A DNA stretch of 41,839 nt from a virus. A program made the translations under genes and the position numbers. The notes under the pieces are model-generated. The model searched no databases. It worked only from the letters and a program-made list of their open reading frames with translations, and was not told where the DNA came from. The DNA lies in IMG/VR virus record IMGVR_UViG_3300044994_000073; one strand, given 5' to 3'. Positions within the stretch are counted from its first letter, which is position 1, and the number at the start of each line of letters is the position of its first letter. Below are positions 8,020 to 18,000 of the stretch, piece by piece.

Positions 8020-9009
8020 ATGGCTACTCTAGGTCAAACCGCGTTGACCCTCGCAGATTGGGCCAAGCGCGTTGATCCCAATGGCAGCATTCCGAGCATC
8101 GTTGAGTTGCTTTCGCAGACCAACGAAGTTCTGGATGACATGCTTTGGGTCGAAGGAAATCTGCCTACTGGACACAAAACCACCGTTCGCTCGGGCCTGC
8201 CCTCCGCGACATGGCGGTTGCTGAACTATGGCGTGCAACCCAGCAAGTCTCGCACCGTGCAAGTGCAGGACACTTGCGGGATGCTTGAGGCCTACGCCAA
8301 GACAGACAAGGCCCTTGCCGACCTCAACGGTAACACGCCTGAATTCCGCTTGTCGGAAGATAAGGCGTTCATCGAGGCCATGAACATCGAGTTCGCTAAC
8401 ACGCTGTTCTACGGCAACACTGAGGTCAACAAGGAGCGGTTCTTGGGGCTCGCGCCTCGGTTCAACTCGCTGACTGCTGAGAACGGCAAGAACATCATCA
8501 ACGGCGGCGGCACCGGAACTGGCAATACGTCGGTCTGGCTCGTCGTTTGGGGGGATCAGTCCGCCCACGGAATTTTCCCGAAAGGCGGCAAAGCCGGTCT
8601 TCAAGTCCGCGATCTTGGCGAAGACACTGCTAGCGACGGTAACGGCGGCGAATATCAGATTTACCGCACCCATTATCGTTGGGACTGCGGACTGACCGTT
8701 CGCGACTGGCGTTATGTCGTTCGCATCGCCAATATCAAAGTCAGCCAGTTGGTTAAGGACGCCAGCTCTGGTGCCGACCTGATCGACTTGATGGTTCAGG
8801 CTCTTGAGCAGGTCCACAACTTGAAGATGGGTCGCCCTGTCTTCTATTGCAATCGGACCGTGCGTTCGTTCCTTCGTCGGCAGATCGCGAACCGCGACAA
8901 TGTCAATCTCACGCTTGACACCGTCGCCGGTAAGCATGTTTTGAACTTTGATGGTGTTCCGGTCAAACGCTGTGACGCCATCATTTCGAACGAAACTGCG
9001 GTCGCTTAA
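8020..9009 (+). CDS. Major capsid protein (HK97-fold, BPP-1/Bbp17-like type)
   Basis: Strong AAGGAG SD, 329 aa. N-terminal pattern LTLADWAKRVDPNGSI..IVELLSQTNEVLDDMLWVEGNLPTGH, plus position. Confidence 0.88.
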   Translation: MATLGQTALTLADWAKRVDPNGSIPSIVELLSQTNEVLDDMLWVEGNLPTGHKTTVRSGLPSATWRLLNYGVQPSKSRTVQVQDTCGMLEAYAKTDKALADLNGNTPEFRLSEDKAFIEAMNIEFANTLFYGNTEVNKERFLGLAPRFNSLTAENGKNIINGGGTGTGNTSVWLVVWGDQSAHGIFPKGGKAGLQVRDLGEDTASDGNGGEYQIYRTHYRWDCGLTVRDWRYVVRIANIKVSQLVKDASSGADLIDLMVQALEQVHNLKMGRPVFYCNRTVRSFLRRQIANRDNVNLTLDTVAGKHVLNFDGVPVKRCDAIISNETAVA

Positions 9010-9035
9010 TCCGCCGCATAACTGAGGAGATCACA

Positions 9036-9458
9036 ATGATCATCGATAAAGAAACCCTACTCAGTGATGGGCAAGCCATCACCGCGACCGCAAACAGCAC
9101 CCATATCTATGATACGGGCAGCGCAGCCGATGTCGGACGTGGGAGCAACCAAGCGATCGAAACTTTCGCTCGCGTTGGGGCCGCTTTCAACAACTTGACC
9201 TCGCTTGCCGTCGTGCTCCAGACTGCCACCGATGCGGCTTTCACTACGCCCATCGATCTGTGGTCCAAGTCGTTCCCGCTTGCCGAACTGACCGCTAACA
9301 AAGATCTGAAGCTTCCTTTGGTGCCCCGAGGCGCGCGTAGGTATCTTCGGTTCCGTTACGTGGTCACTGGCACCAACCCGACGACCGGCACGCTGGACGC
9401 GGGTTTGGTTCTGAATGTTCAGGACTGGGAAGCTCTGAAAGCTGAAACCGGTAACTGA
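9036..9458 (+). CDS. Capsid decoration/cement-like protein (Bbp16-like, putative)
   Basis: GAGGAG SD, 140 aa, immediately after the capsid gene. Beta-rich sequence with DGQAITATANSTHIYD. Confidence 0.55.
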   Translation: MIIDKETLLSDGQAITATANSTHIYDTGSAADVGRGSNQAIETFARVGAAFNNLTSLAVVLQTATDAAFTTPIDLWSKSFPLAELTANKDLKLPLVPRGARRYLRFRYVVTGTNPTTGTLDAGLVLNVQDWEALKAETGN

Positions 9459-9461
9459 TGA

Positions 9462-9737
9462 ATGAAACTGGTCTGCACTAAGCAGGTCTTCTTTCGCTCG
9501 ACCCTGTTCTCTCCCGGCGATGTTGTGGAGAGAATGGGGGATGAGCCGGAGGACTGCTTTAAGCCAGCAGAAGAAGTGCAGCAGGCTCCTCTCGCTGATG
9601 CAGGGGAGGAGCCTGTAACACTCTATGACCTTCAGAAACCGAAACGTAAACCCCGGGCTTCTGGCGGGACAAAAATTGCGGGCACCGGCGGATTTACTGC
9701 CGATGTTAAGCCCGAAGACTTGGACATCCTTAGCTAA
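9462..9737 (+). CDS. Hypothetical protein (91 aa)
   Basis: ORF in the operon. The stop overlaps the next start (TAATG). Confidence 0.55.
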   Translation: MKLVCTKQVFFRSTLFSPGDVVERMGDEPEDCFKPAEEVQQAPLADAGEEPVTLYDLQKPKRKPRASGGTKIAGTGGFTADVKPEDLDILS

Positions 9738-10339
9738 TGGCGAACATCGTTCAGATATGCAACTTGGCCTTATCGCGTGTCTTGGCTCCGGCTATCCAGT
9801 CGCTGGATGATCCTACGCGCGAGGCCCAAGTGTGCCGTCGTCATCTTGCGATTGTAAGAGAGGCTGTTCTGAACGATTTTGATTGGAGCTTCGCCCGTAG
9901 GGTAGCTCCACTGGCTCTTACGACCGTTGAGCACCCCGCGTGGGACTACGTTTATGCTAAGCCTGCTGATTGTTTGACGCCGCGGCGCATTGTGAATCCA
10001 GCCGATCCGAAAGGCTCTAATCCGTATCTTCGAATCGACTTTGAAGTAATCTCACACCCGTCGCAAGGCCTTCAGCTAATTGCTACGGATCAAGATGAAG
10101 CTGAATTGGTCTATACGGCTAATATCGACAACGCCACGGTTTTTGACCCCGGATTCGTTGATTGTTTGGCATGGCGGCTAGCGGCTGACATTGCGCTTCC
10201 GCTTCGTGGCGATAAGCAACTGCTTCAAGTCACGAACAATGCCTATATGCGGGCGTTGGCCGCTGCTGCGGCTGATAGTGTGAACCTTAGTCACATTAAG
10301 CCTACCGGGTGGGGCGACTTTGCGGACGTGCGCAAATGA
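9737..10339 (+). CDS. Tail tubular protein A / adaptor (T7 gp11-like)
   Basis: 200 aa. N-terminus ICNLALSRVLAPAIQSLDDPTREAQVCRRHLAIVREAVLNDFDWSFA parallels T7 gp11 ([40 protein letters not shown]). Confidence 0.65.
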   Translation: MANIVQICNLALSRVLAPAIQSLDDPTREAQVCRRHLAIVREAVLNDFDWSFARRVAPLALTTVEHPAWDYVYAKPADCLTPRRIVNPADPKGSNPYLRIDFEVISHPSQGLQLIATDQDEAELVYTANIDNATVFDPGFVDCLAWRLAADIALPLRGDKQLLQVTNNAYMRALAAAAADSVNLSHIKPTGWGDFADVRK

Positions 10340-12363
10340 AAATTCGTCAGGCGTCTTTCACCGGTGGCGAAATATCGCCCGAACTGTGGGTCCGGCCTGA
10401 TTTGGAGAAGTGGGCGTCGTCGCTTCGCAGACTTGAGAATTTTTTGCCCCGGGTCCGCGGCTCAGTCGAAAACCGGCCCGGTTTCCGCTTTGTTAACGGC
10501 ACTAAGTTCAACAACAAAAAGTCTAGGCTTTGGGCTTTTCAGTTTTCGGTCGTGCAGTGGTATGTGCTTGAGTTCGGGGACCAATATATTCGCTTTTACA
10601 AAGATGATGGCATTATACTAGACACTAGCAACAATATATACGAAATTTCGACTCCCTACACAGAAGCTGATTTACCGAAATTGAAGTTCGAGCAAAGCGC
10701 GGACGTTCTTTACATTTTTTCTCCTAACCACAAAATGCGCGAGCTTACAAGAATCTCGCATAATAACTGGACGCTGTCTGTTCAAACAAACGGAACAGGT
10801 ATAGCCGCTCCGACAATTACATACTCGTATCCATATAACGACAGTTCGTATGGCTACGCTGTAACTGCTGTTAATTCAAGCGGCGTAGAGTCTTTGTCGT
10901 CCAATGTAGCTTTAGCTGGAGGTAGAGGCTACACGCTAAGTTGGGCCGCCGTAACCGGCGCGGAATACTATAACGTCTATGAAATATGGTTCGGTGCGTG
11001 GGCTTTCATAATGCGGACTGAGTTAACAAGTGTTGTAACTCCTACCAACCCGTCAAGGGACGTAAAAAGAACGCCGCCCAAAAATGTTTTGCCGTTTGAA
11101 ACTGCTAACAACTACCCAGCGGTGGGGGCCTTCCACGATCAAAGGCTCTATCTCGCCAGAACCAATAACCGCCCGCAAACCATTTGGGGCTCTCGAACCG
11201 GAGATTTCCGAAACCATAACAGATCGTCGCCGGTTCAAGACGACGACGGCATTCAGTTTACGATTGACTCGTCTTCGGTTAATGAGATTCGCTGGCTAGC
11301 GTCAATGGGCGACCTCATTATTGGAACTAGTGATAGCGAATGGATCATGACTCCGGCACCTAATCAGCCAGCCATAACGCCGTCTTCCGTTAAACTGAAA
11401 ATCCAAAGCCGGTGGGGCTGTGCAGATTTACAACCCCACATTGTCGGCGACGCTGTGCTTTTTGTTGACGGGAGTCAAAAACGAATCCGTGACATGGGCT
11501 ACTCGCTCGAAAAAGACGGTTACGCTGGCGACGATTTAACAGTGTTGGCGCAGCACCTTTTTGATAAAAGCAAAATAGTGCAGTGGGGGCACGCGAAGTA
11601 TCCGGATTCCGTGTTATGGGCCCTTCGTGAAGACGGCGTGTTATGTAGCCTGACATACCACAAAGGCCACAAAGTTTACGCATGGGCGAGGCACACAACG
11701 GACGGAGTCATTGAAAGCGTGGTGTGCCCTACCGTTGGCGAGGGCCAATCTCAAGTGTGGGTAGTAGTGCGCCGCACGGTCGGCGGTCAGCAGGTCCGCT
11801 ATGTTGAGCGATTGGCCGAAAGAGACTTCGACAACATCGAGGATGCGTTTTTTGTCGATAGCGGTCTGACGTATTCCGGGCCCCCAGCGACCACAATTTC
11901 TGGTCTAAGCCATTTGAACGGTCGCACGGTTGTTGCTTTTGCTGACGGCAACGTAGTGCCGGACCTTGAAGTAAGTAACGGTTCAATCACGCTCCCCAAC
12001 CCGGCAGCTAAAGTCCATGTCGGCCTGCCATACACATGCGTTTGCGAACCGATAGGATTCGACTACCAAGTTGCCGAAACAAACTCCGCGCTGTCTGTTC
12101 GGCGGCAGGTCTCCAGTGTCATCGTGGGGCTCCGGGACAGCCGAGAGCTGTGGGCGGCTACCGCTCCCGGGTATGAGTATTTTGAAGTCCCAATGCGAGA
12201 CACGGAAGACTACGGCGAACCGATCGAGCCTTTCACCGGGGACAAAGAGATATTTGTTTCGCCGTCCGGTCTTAGAGACGCCCGCATATCGTTTGAAGTG
12301 CGGAGCCCGGTCCCCTGCACAATAACCAGCGTGACCGCCGTTATTAGCGATGGCCAAGACTAA
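10336..12363 (+). CDS. Tail tubular protein B / nozzle (T7 gp12-like)
   Basis: ATGA coupling to the adaptor gene, 675 aa. N-terminal FTGGEISPELWVRPDLEKW..L..LENF..RVRGSVENRPGFRFV is typical of this family. Confidence 0.72.
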   Translation: MKIRQASFTGGEISPELWVRPDLEKWASSLRRLENFLPRVRGSVENRPGFRFVNGTKFNNKKSRLWAFQFSVVQWYVLEFGDQYIRFYKDDGIILDTSNNIYEISTPYTEADLPKLKFEQSADVLYIFSPNHKMRELTRISHNNWTLSVQTNGTGIAAPTITYSYPYNDSSYGYAVTAVNSSGVESLSSNVALAGGRGYTLSWAAVTGAEYYNVYEIWFGAWAFIMRTELTSVVTPTNPSRDVKRTPPKNVLPFETANNYPAVGAFHDQRLYLARTNNRPQTIWGSRTGDFRNHNRSSPVQDDDGIQFTIDSSSVNEIRWLASMGDLIIGTSDSEWIMTPAPNQPAITPSSVKLKIQSRWGCADLQPHIVGDAVLFVDGSQKRIRDMGYSLEKDGYAGDDLTVLAQHLFDKSKIVQWGHAKYPDSVLWALREDGVLCSLTYHKGHKVYAWARHTTDGVIESVVCPTVGEGQSQVWVVVRRTVGGQQVRYVERLAERDFDNIEDAFFVDSGLTYSGPPATTISGLSHLNGRTVVAFADGNVVPDLEVSNGSITLPNPAAKVHVGLPYTCVCEPIGFDYQVAETNSALSVRRQVSSVIVGLRDSRELWAATAPGYEYFEVPMRDTEDYGEPIEPFTGDKEIFVSPSGLRDARISFEVRSPVPCTITSVTAVISDGQD

Positions 12364-12871
12364 GACCGATAGCCGCTATTGGGTCCGCGAGGCCACAGAG
12401 CAGGACGCTTACGAATTGGCGCCCAAACTCCGTGACGAAGACGTGGCCGAAATATGGGCGGCGAATAGGGCCACGCCATTAGACGCCTTGCTTTTAGGTG
12501 TCCGGAGTAAATACGGTAAAGCGTGGACCGGTCTTGACGGGAACGAAGTCAAACTGATGTTCGGCGTCACGGCGAACTCTGCATTCACGTCTATTGGCGT
12601 TCCGTGGTTCTTGTCGGCCCCGCTGACGCCAAGCCAAGACGTTGCTTTGGCCAGACGGTCAATTTACTATGTCGAAATGATGAGGGCCGATTTTCCAATG
12701 TTGGAAAATTACACCGATGCCCGCCACAAGGCGGCTATTCGGTGGCTGCGGTGGTGCGGGTTTACGGTGGAACCCGCGGAACCGTATGGCGTTGATAAAC
12801 TTCCATTCCACCGATTCTGGATAAAAAGCTATGTGCGCCCCAGCAATCCCAGTGGCAATGGTTGCCCTTAG
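12350..12871 (+). CDS. Internal-virion-protein-A position; GNAT-like/DUF2833-like (putative)
   Basis: 173 aa following the nozzle. C-terminal AAIRWLRWCGF is reminiscent of an acetyltransferase-fold phage protein. Confidence 0.5.
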   Translation: MAKTKTDSRYWVREATEQDAYELAPKLRDEDVAEIWAANRATPLDALLLGVRSKYGKAWTGLDGNEVKLMFGVTANSAFTSIGVPWFLSAPLTPSQDVALARRSIYYVEMMRADFPMLENYTDARHKAAIRWLRWCGFTVEPAEPYGVDKLPFHRFWIKSYVRPSNPSGNGCP

Positions 12872-13331
12872 CGTGATTTCTACAGCCGTTGGTGCTTACG
12901 GCGCGTATGCCGCCCAACAAGCGCAAAACCGACAAGCGGAGGCCCAAGCTAAATACAACGAGATGATGGCCAAGGACGCGATCGCCCGCGGTCAAATCGA
13001 GGCCGATAAAAAACGCGCCGAAGTCAAACGATTGATCGGCTCGCAGCGGGCCGGACTCGGTGCGAGCGGCGTTCAGATCGAAGACGGCTCTGCAATGGAT
13101 ATTCAGGCCGATGCTGCGAAATTTGGGGAACTTGACGCTTTGACGATTAAAAACAACGCCGAGCGGGATGCGTGGGCTTACAGAGCTCAGGCCAGCATTG
13201 CAAGGGCGTCTAAAGGCTCCGCTGCTTTGGCGGGGGCCTCTTCGCTTCTGGCTGGCGCAAGCAACACGCTTGGCATTTACAGAACCTCGTTTCCGTCGAA
13301 AGAGAAGCCGCCACAAGCACAAGCCGGTTGA
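12831..13331 (+). CDS. Internal virion (ejection) protein, gp14-like, N-terminal TM
   Basis: Hydrophobic N-terminus PAIPVAMVALSVISTAVGAYGAYAA. The motif AGLGASGVQIEDGSAMDIQ...ELDALTIKNNAERDAWAYR is common in podovirus internal proteins. Confidence 0.65.
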   Translation: MCAPAIPVAMVALSVISTAVGAYGAYAAQQAQNRQAEAQAKYNEMMAKDAIARGQIEADKKRAEVKRLIGSQRAGLGASGVQIEDGSAMDIQADAAKFGELDALTIKNNAERDAWAYRAQASIARASKGSAALAGASSLLAGASNTLGIYRTSFPSKEKPPQAQAG

Positions 13332-13333
13332 CC

Positions 13334-15070
13334 ATGCCAGTTATTCCAACATACGAACCGGGCCAAGTCCGAAACAACCCGCTTAATACGCCGAACGTAA
13401 CAGCGGACGCTTTCGGCTATAGAGACGCAGTCAATCTTCAGCGACTTGGCGCGGCTGGCAACGATTTTCTGCAGCAGGCCGCGGCACTTTATCGGGAGCG
13501 GCTTGACGAACATGACAGGCTCGTCGTGCAAAGCGCGCTTAATGACGCCACGCTCAAAGCGACGCATTTTCTCCAGAATGATGTCTATAGCAAGAGCGGT
13601 TCTGAGGCCTTAACTGCTGCAGATAAAGCCGCGGAAACTCTCGACAAGATCGGTGCTGAATCAAGCTCGAAGCTTAACCAACGTCAGCAAGCCTTGTTCG
13701 GGAAAGCATTTGCGCAGCTTCGGACTAATAATTTAGAGTCCGTGATTGGGTTCCGCGCTAAAGCCCAAGAGCAATACCGACTGGATACTTTAAGCTCAGG
13801 AATTGAGTCTTCGATTTATTCGGCTTCGCAGAATCCTTACAACGAAAATTATCTGCACGACACAGCGATAAAAGTCGCTAACATGGTCGAAGAGCAGCAC
13901 CGTGGCCGTGCACCGGAATTCATCGAAGAACAGAAGCGAAACAAAATCTCCGAAGTTTACGCCCGAGCAATCGCTACAATCGCCGACCGCGATCCGGCTG
14001 AAGCTTTAGCATTGGCCGAAAAATATAAGGACTACATGGCCCCGGAAGTCCACGACAAACTCGCCGGGGCACTGGACCAAATGGTTAAAAAGAGATCTGT
14101 GGAGAATGCGGCTATTCAGGCCGTCCACGGAAAAGTCCCAGGCTCTGAAGCGGCTGACAAGACTTTGGACGAAATGGGGGTCAGTGATCCTGTCAAGAGG
14201 GAAGAGCTCAAGCAAACATTCATGAAGGCCTACATGGTCGAAGAGTCAAAAATCACTGAAGCCGAGAGGTCGCAGATCAACGAGGCCCTCGATGCGATTT
14301 TGCAAGACCCCCGCGGTGCCAAAGTCCCCGAGTCTCTTCCTAGCGATTTGCAGTCTAAAATCGCCCGGTTCCAGATGAATTTGCTTGAGGGTGACAGGCC
14401 GACTAACTACGCCACTTTTCACAAATTGCTCGATATGCAGCAAAATGACCCGGCGGGGTTTGCTAAGCTCAAGCTGGAAGACTATAGCAGCCAGTTGAGC
14501 AACGACCATTTTAGGAGTCTTATACTTGCCCAAATGGACACGATTAAGGCAAACGGCGCGTTTGCCGGGCCGAAACCGCCAAAGCAGTTTAGAACGGAAT
14601 CCGCCGAGGCCCAAGTCCGACAAGCGGCAAAAAGCATAGGCCTCAATTCGAACGGCGACGAAGAAGACCGTCTTAAATACAACGCTTTCTGCGCATACAT
14701 GGACAACGTGATTAGTCAGATTCCAGAGTCTGAGCGGACCCAATTAAGGATCGATCAGGAAATCAAAAAAGCGCAGACGCCTGTATTTAACGGGGACCGC
14801 ACTTGGTGGTTCACGAAAAAGATGATCCCGCTTTACATGCACGAATATCTCACAAGCGAGTATGCTGTGCCGGAAAAGTTAAGGGGCGGTGACGGTGAGC
14901 CTATCTCCGGATTGAAGCCCGTGACTCTTAACGACCGGGAGCGCGTTCCGTCGTTGCCGGGCAAAATCAAATGGTATCGCGTGTTCGAAATGGGCGGTCG
15001 CCGATATTCCGAATTTTACGATAAAAATGGGGAGCCCGTTAAATTTAAGCTGGACTCCCTTAATAAGTAA
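13334..15070 (+). CDS. Internal virion (ejection) protein, gp15 position
   Basis: 578 aa, helical and charged. The track start 13328 is TTG; the ATG is at 13334, just after the upstream stop. Confidence 0.6.
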   Translation: MPVIPTYEPGQVRNNPLNTPNVTADAFGYRDAVNLQRLGAAGNDFLQQAAALYRERLDEHDRLVVQSALNDATLKATHFLQNDVYSKSGSEALTAADKAAETLDKIGAESSSKLNQRQQALFGKAFAQLRTNNLESVIGFRAKAQEQYRLDTLSSGIESSIYSASQNPYNENYLHDTAIKVANMVEEQHRGRAPEFIEEQKRNKISEVYARAIATIADRDPAEALALAEKYKDYMAPEVHDKLAGALDQMVKKRSVENAAIQAVHGKVPGSEAADKTLDEMGVSDPVKREELKQTFMKAYMVEESKITEAERSQINEALDAILQDPRGAKVPESLPSDLQSKIARFQMNLLEGDRPTNYATFHKLLDMQQNDPAGFAKLKLEDYSSQLSNDHFRSLILAQMDTIKANGAFAGPKPPKQFRTESAEAQVRQAAKSIGLNSNGDEEDRLKYNAFCAYMDNVISQIPESERTQLRIDQEIKKAQTPVFNGDRTWWFTKKMIPLYMHEYLTSEYAVPEKLRGGDGEPISGLKPVTLNDRERVPSLPGKIKWYRVFEMGGRRYSEFYDKNGEPVKFKLDSLNK

Positions 15071-15094
15071 AAAAGTATTTAACGTGCCTTTATT

Positions 15095-18000
15095 ATGGAC
15101 CCTTTCGAGCAGCCCCAAGAAGACAACGGCATTTTAGCAACCGCTGGTTTAGATAGCGCGCCTCCCGCGCCTAAACAACTCCAGCCATCTGTGGCAGATA
15201 GCGGAAGCAGCTTGCTTGATGCCGCGGGGCTTCCTTCGGCAGAAGAGTCTCTTCGATTGCCGAAGGGCGGGGCGGCTTTTGCTGACCAGATACCCGGCGA
15301 GCTGCTGAAAATGCCAAAGGCTCTCCGGGCCGAATACGTCGCCAAGCTATCCGGAGACATTCAGGAAGGCCTTAAATGGATGGGAGAATCTCCAGAGAAA
15401 GCCGCCGAGATTGCAGCGGTGATGCGCCGCTTTAATCTTCCCGCCGATAAAGCCAAAGAGCAGCTTCCGGAAATTAAGGCCTCTGAAGAGTCGATCAAGA
15501 TAGCCAAAGAGCTATTGGCGACGGATGAAAAAGGTGAGCCGTTGTATCCGGCTTTGGCCAAATTAGCGGCTGATCCGTCGCATTTAATCGGCGACAATGA
15601 GCGCAGAAAAGCCCTCATGGAAATTGAAGAGTCCGTCCGGCAATCGAAGCAAGCGGACGAGGGCTTTCTTACTCAACAGGCCCGCGGGATTGTTAACGCC
15701 TTATTCTCTCTTTTAGACACCGGAGTTTCTTCGTATCACGCTGTAGCGGCTGCTAGGGCTGACGCATATTGGCAGCAGATTCTCGACAACTTGCCCGCGG
15801 GCATTGACCCACAAGTCCGGGACGAGCTCATCAAGATCAAAGACGAGGCTCTAAATCAAAGCATAGAAATACGCAATGCCCGGAGCGAAATCGCCGAAAG
15901 TATGCTGGGCGGTTTTTCACCGGAAAAAGCAGCGAACTTTTTTAAGCCGCAAGCAGGGGAGTCTCCGACAGAGCTGATTTCGAAAGGCTTTTACACTGAG
16001 GGGGCTTACCAATTTGTTAACCAAGGCCTCCAGTCTTTGTATGATTGGGCGGCTGCGTCCGTAGCCGCCGCGGGCAACCCAACGGGGGCTATGGCGTTAT
16101 TGTCCGCTAAGTCCGCTTTCGGCGCGTTTGATGAAGCGCAACGCGATGGGGCGTCAAAAGAAAACGCCATCGTGAGAGCCGGGGGCCACGGACTCTTAGA
16201 ATACGTGTTCGAAAAACTGGGGACCCTTGGGATTATTAAAGAGGCCTCCAGTGTTAAGAAATTAACGCCCAAATCTATGTTGGGTTTGGCGTCAAGATCG
16301 TATGCTACGGAAGCTGTTTCTGAAGGTGCGACTTCGGCATTTCAAAATCTTGTAACCATAGCTACCGACGGAAACATGGGGCTCCGGGAGTTTCTGTTCA
16401 GCATTTCAGATTCAGCTTTGGCCGGGGGGTTCAGCGGCGCGGCTATGAGCACTATAATTTCTACAGCTAGTTATGGGCTCAACTACAAGAAAATACACAA
16501 CGCCGAAAACAAACTTGCCCAGCATGACGGTCTTGCGGAAAAGATTAAATTCGTTGCGGCTAAAAACGCCGATCCGCAAGCAACACAATCTGCGGTAGAA
16601 ACCATACTCAATGAGCACCAAGTCTCCGACGAAGTGTTTGTTCCGGCCTCGAAGGTTCGCAATCTGTTCCAGACCGACGAACAGTATGTTGAGTTCATGG
16701 GCAAACTTGGCGTCTCTGAGCAGCAGGCCATTGACGCTTTAACAAACGAAGCCGCTAGCGAGCTTAAAGTCAAATACTCTGCATATCTGGCGCATTCGGC
16801 TACTGTCAGTAACATCGAGTCCATCAAGGCCGACTTGCGGTTTGGCGAAAACAACATGACCGCCAATGAAGCGGCCATGACGAAAGCGTGGCTAAACGAA
16901 GAGATCAACACCATTCGTGAGCGGCTTGCCGCTGAAAGCACCGGTGTGTTGCCTGCGCAGATTCAAGCTATTCGAGAGTCCCTCAAGAATTTTAGAAACC
17001 AAGACGGCGGGGGTTTTACTCAGGAGCAAATTGACCACTATTTGAATCTGATGCTTTCCGGTGCCGCGATCGCTGCGAAACGGCAAGATGTCTCCGTCGA
17101 AGATTGGCTGTCCGCAAATGGCGTTAATGTCAACGTAAACACCAAAGCCGTGTTTGCTCCGGACGGCAAAAGCATCTGGATTATTCCGGAAGGCCAACCG
17201 AGTCCGCAGGAACTCTACGCAAAAGACATGGCAGAACAGCGGGAGTTCATGCGGCAGAAGATGCTTGAGAACCCGAATTTCACCGACGAAGACTTCCAGC
17301 GATGGGCCGAAGAATGGAGGGCTGCGCACCCGCGTTTCGATAAAAACGGTAAGCAGCTTTTCCAAGAGGCCCCCGAATCGAGTAATCGTTCGCCGAGAGT
17401 CGGTTTGGAGTTCAAAGACTTTTTCAGGAAAGTCACTTCGGGCTTGTTCGGAAAAAGCAAAATACCGTTTGTGCCGGAGCTGATCGATCTTTCCAAAGAC
17501 AAAAAGATCATCGAAGAAATGCACAAATACATTGGTAACTTCGATGACCACATTTTTAAGAGCATTCCGGCTTTTTACGAATTGAAAGTCAGAACCATCA
17601 AAGGCTTTTTGACGCTACCCAAAGGTTCCAAAGTTCTAGACATTGCGGCGTCTGAAGGCTCTTTCGGAAAGACTATTTCCGCGCTTTCGAAAGGCAAAAT
17701 CGAAACTGTGTCTCTTGACCCGAACAGGGCCATGAAGAAAACCTTTGATGATCTGCCACAGGCCCCCGGTGCGGCATTTGCTGCGGAGGCCTTTCTCAAC
17801 GGCTTCCGTGATGAGGAGGACGGAGTTACATACAACGCCCATAATCCAGACGTAAAATACGACGCGATCCATGAGTCGATGGGCTTTCAGTTTATTGACC
17901 CGGACCGCACAGCTCAAATTGCTGAAGTCGTAAGACTGCTCAAAGACGACGGCCTATTTGTAACGTCTGAAAAGCTGCTGAACCCCGACTGGGAAAAGAA

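Noticed and set aside
7187-8937. Long antisense ORFs opposite scaffold and capsid (7187-8020, 277 aa; 8029-8937, 302 aa)
   Set aside because: They lie opposite strongly supported structural genes, have Arg/Ser/Leu-rich composition typical of antisense frames, and show no SD or motif. The same reasoning applies to 2971-3576, 4920-5540, 12762-13322, 14246-14743, 28666-29301, 31584-32237, 32996-33541, 36968-37387 and 39721-40248.
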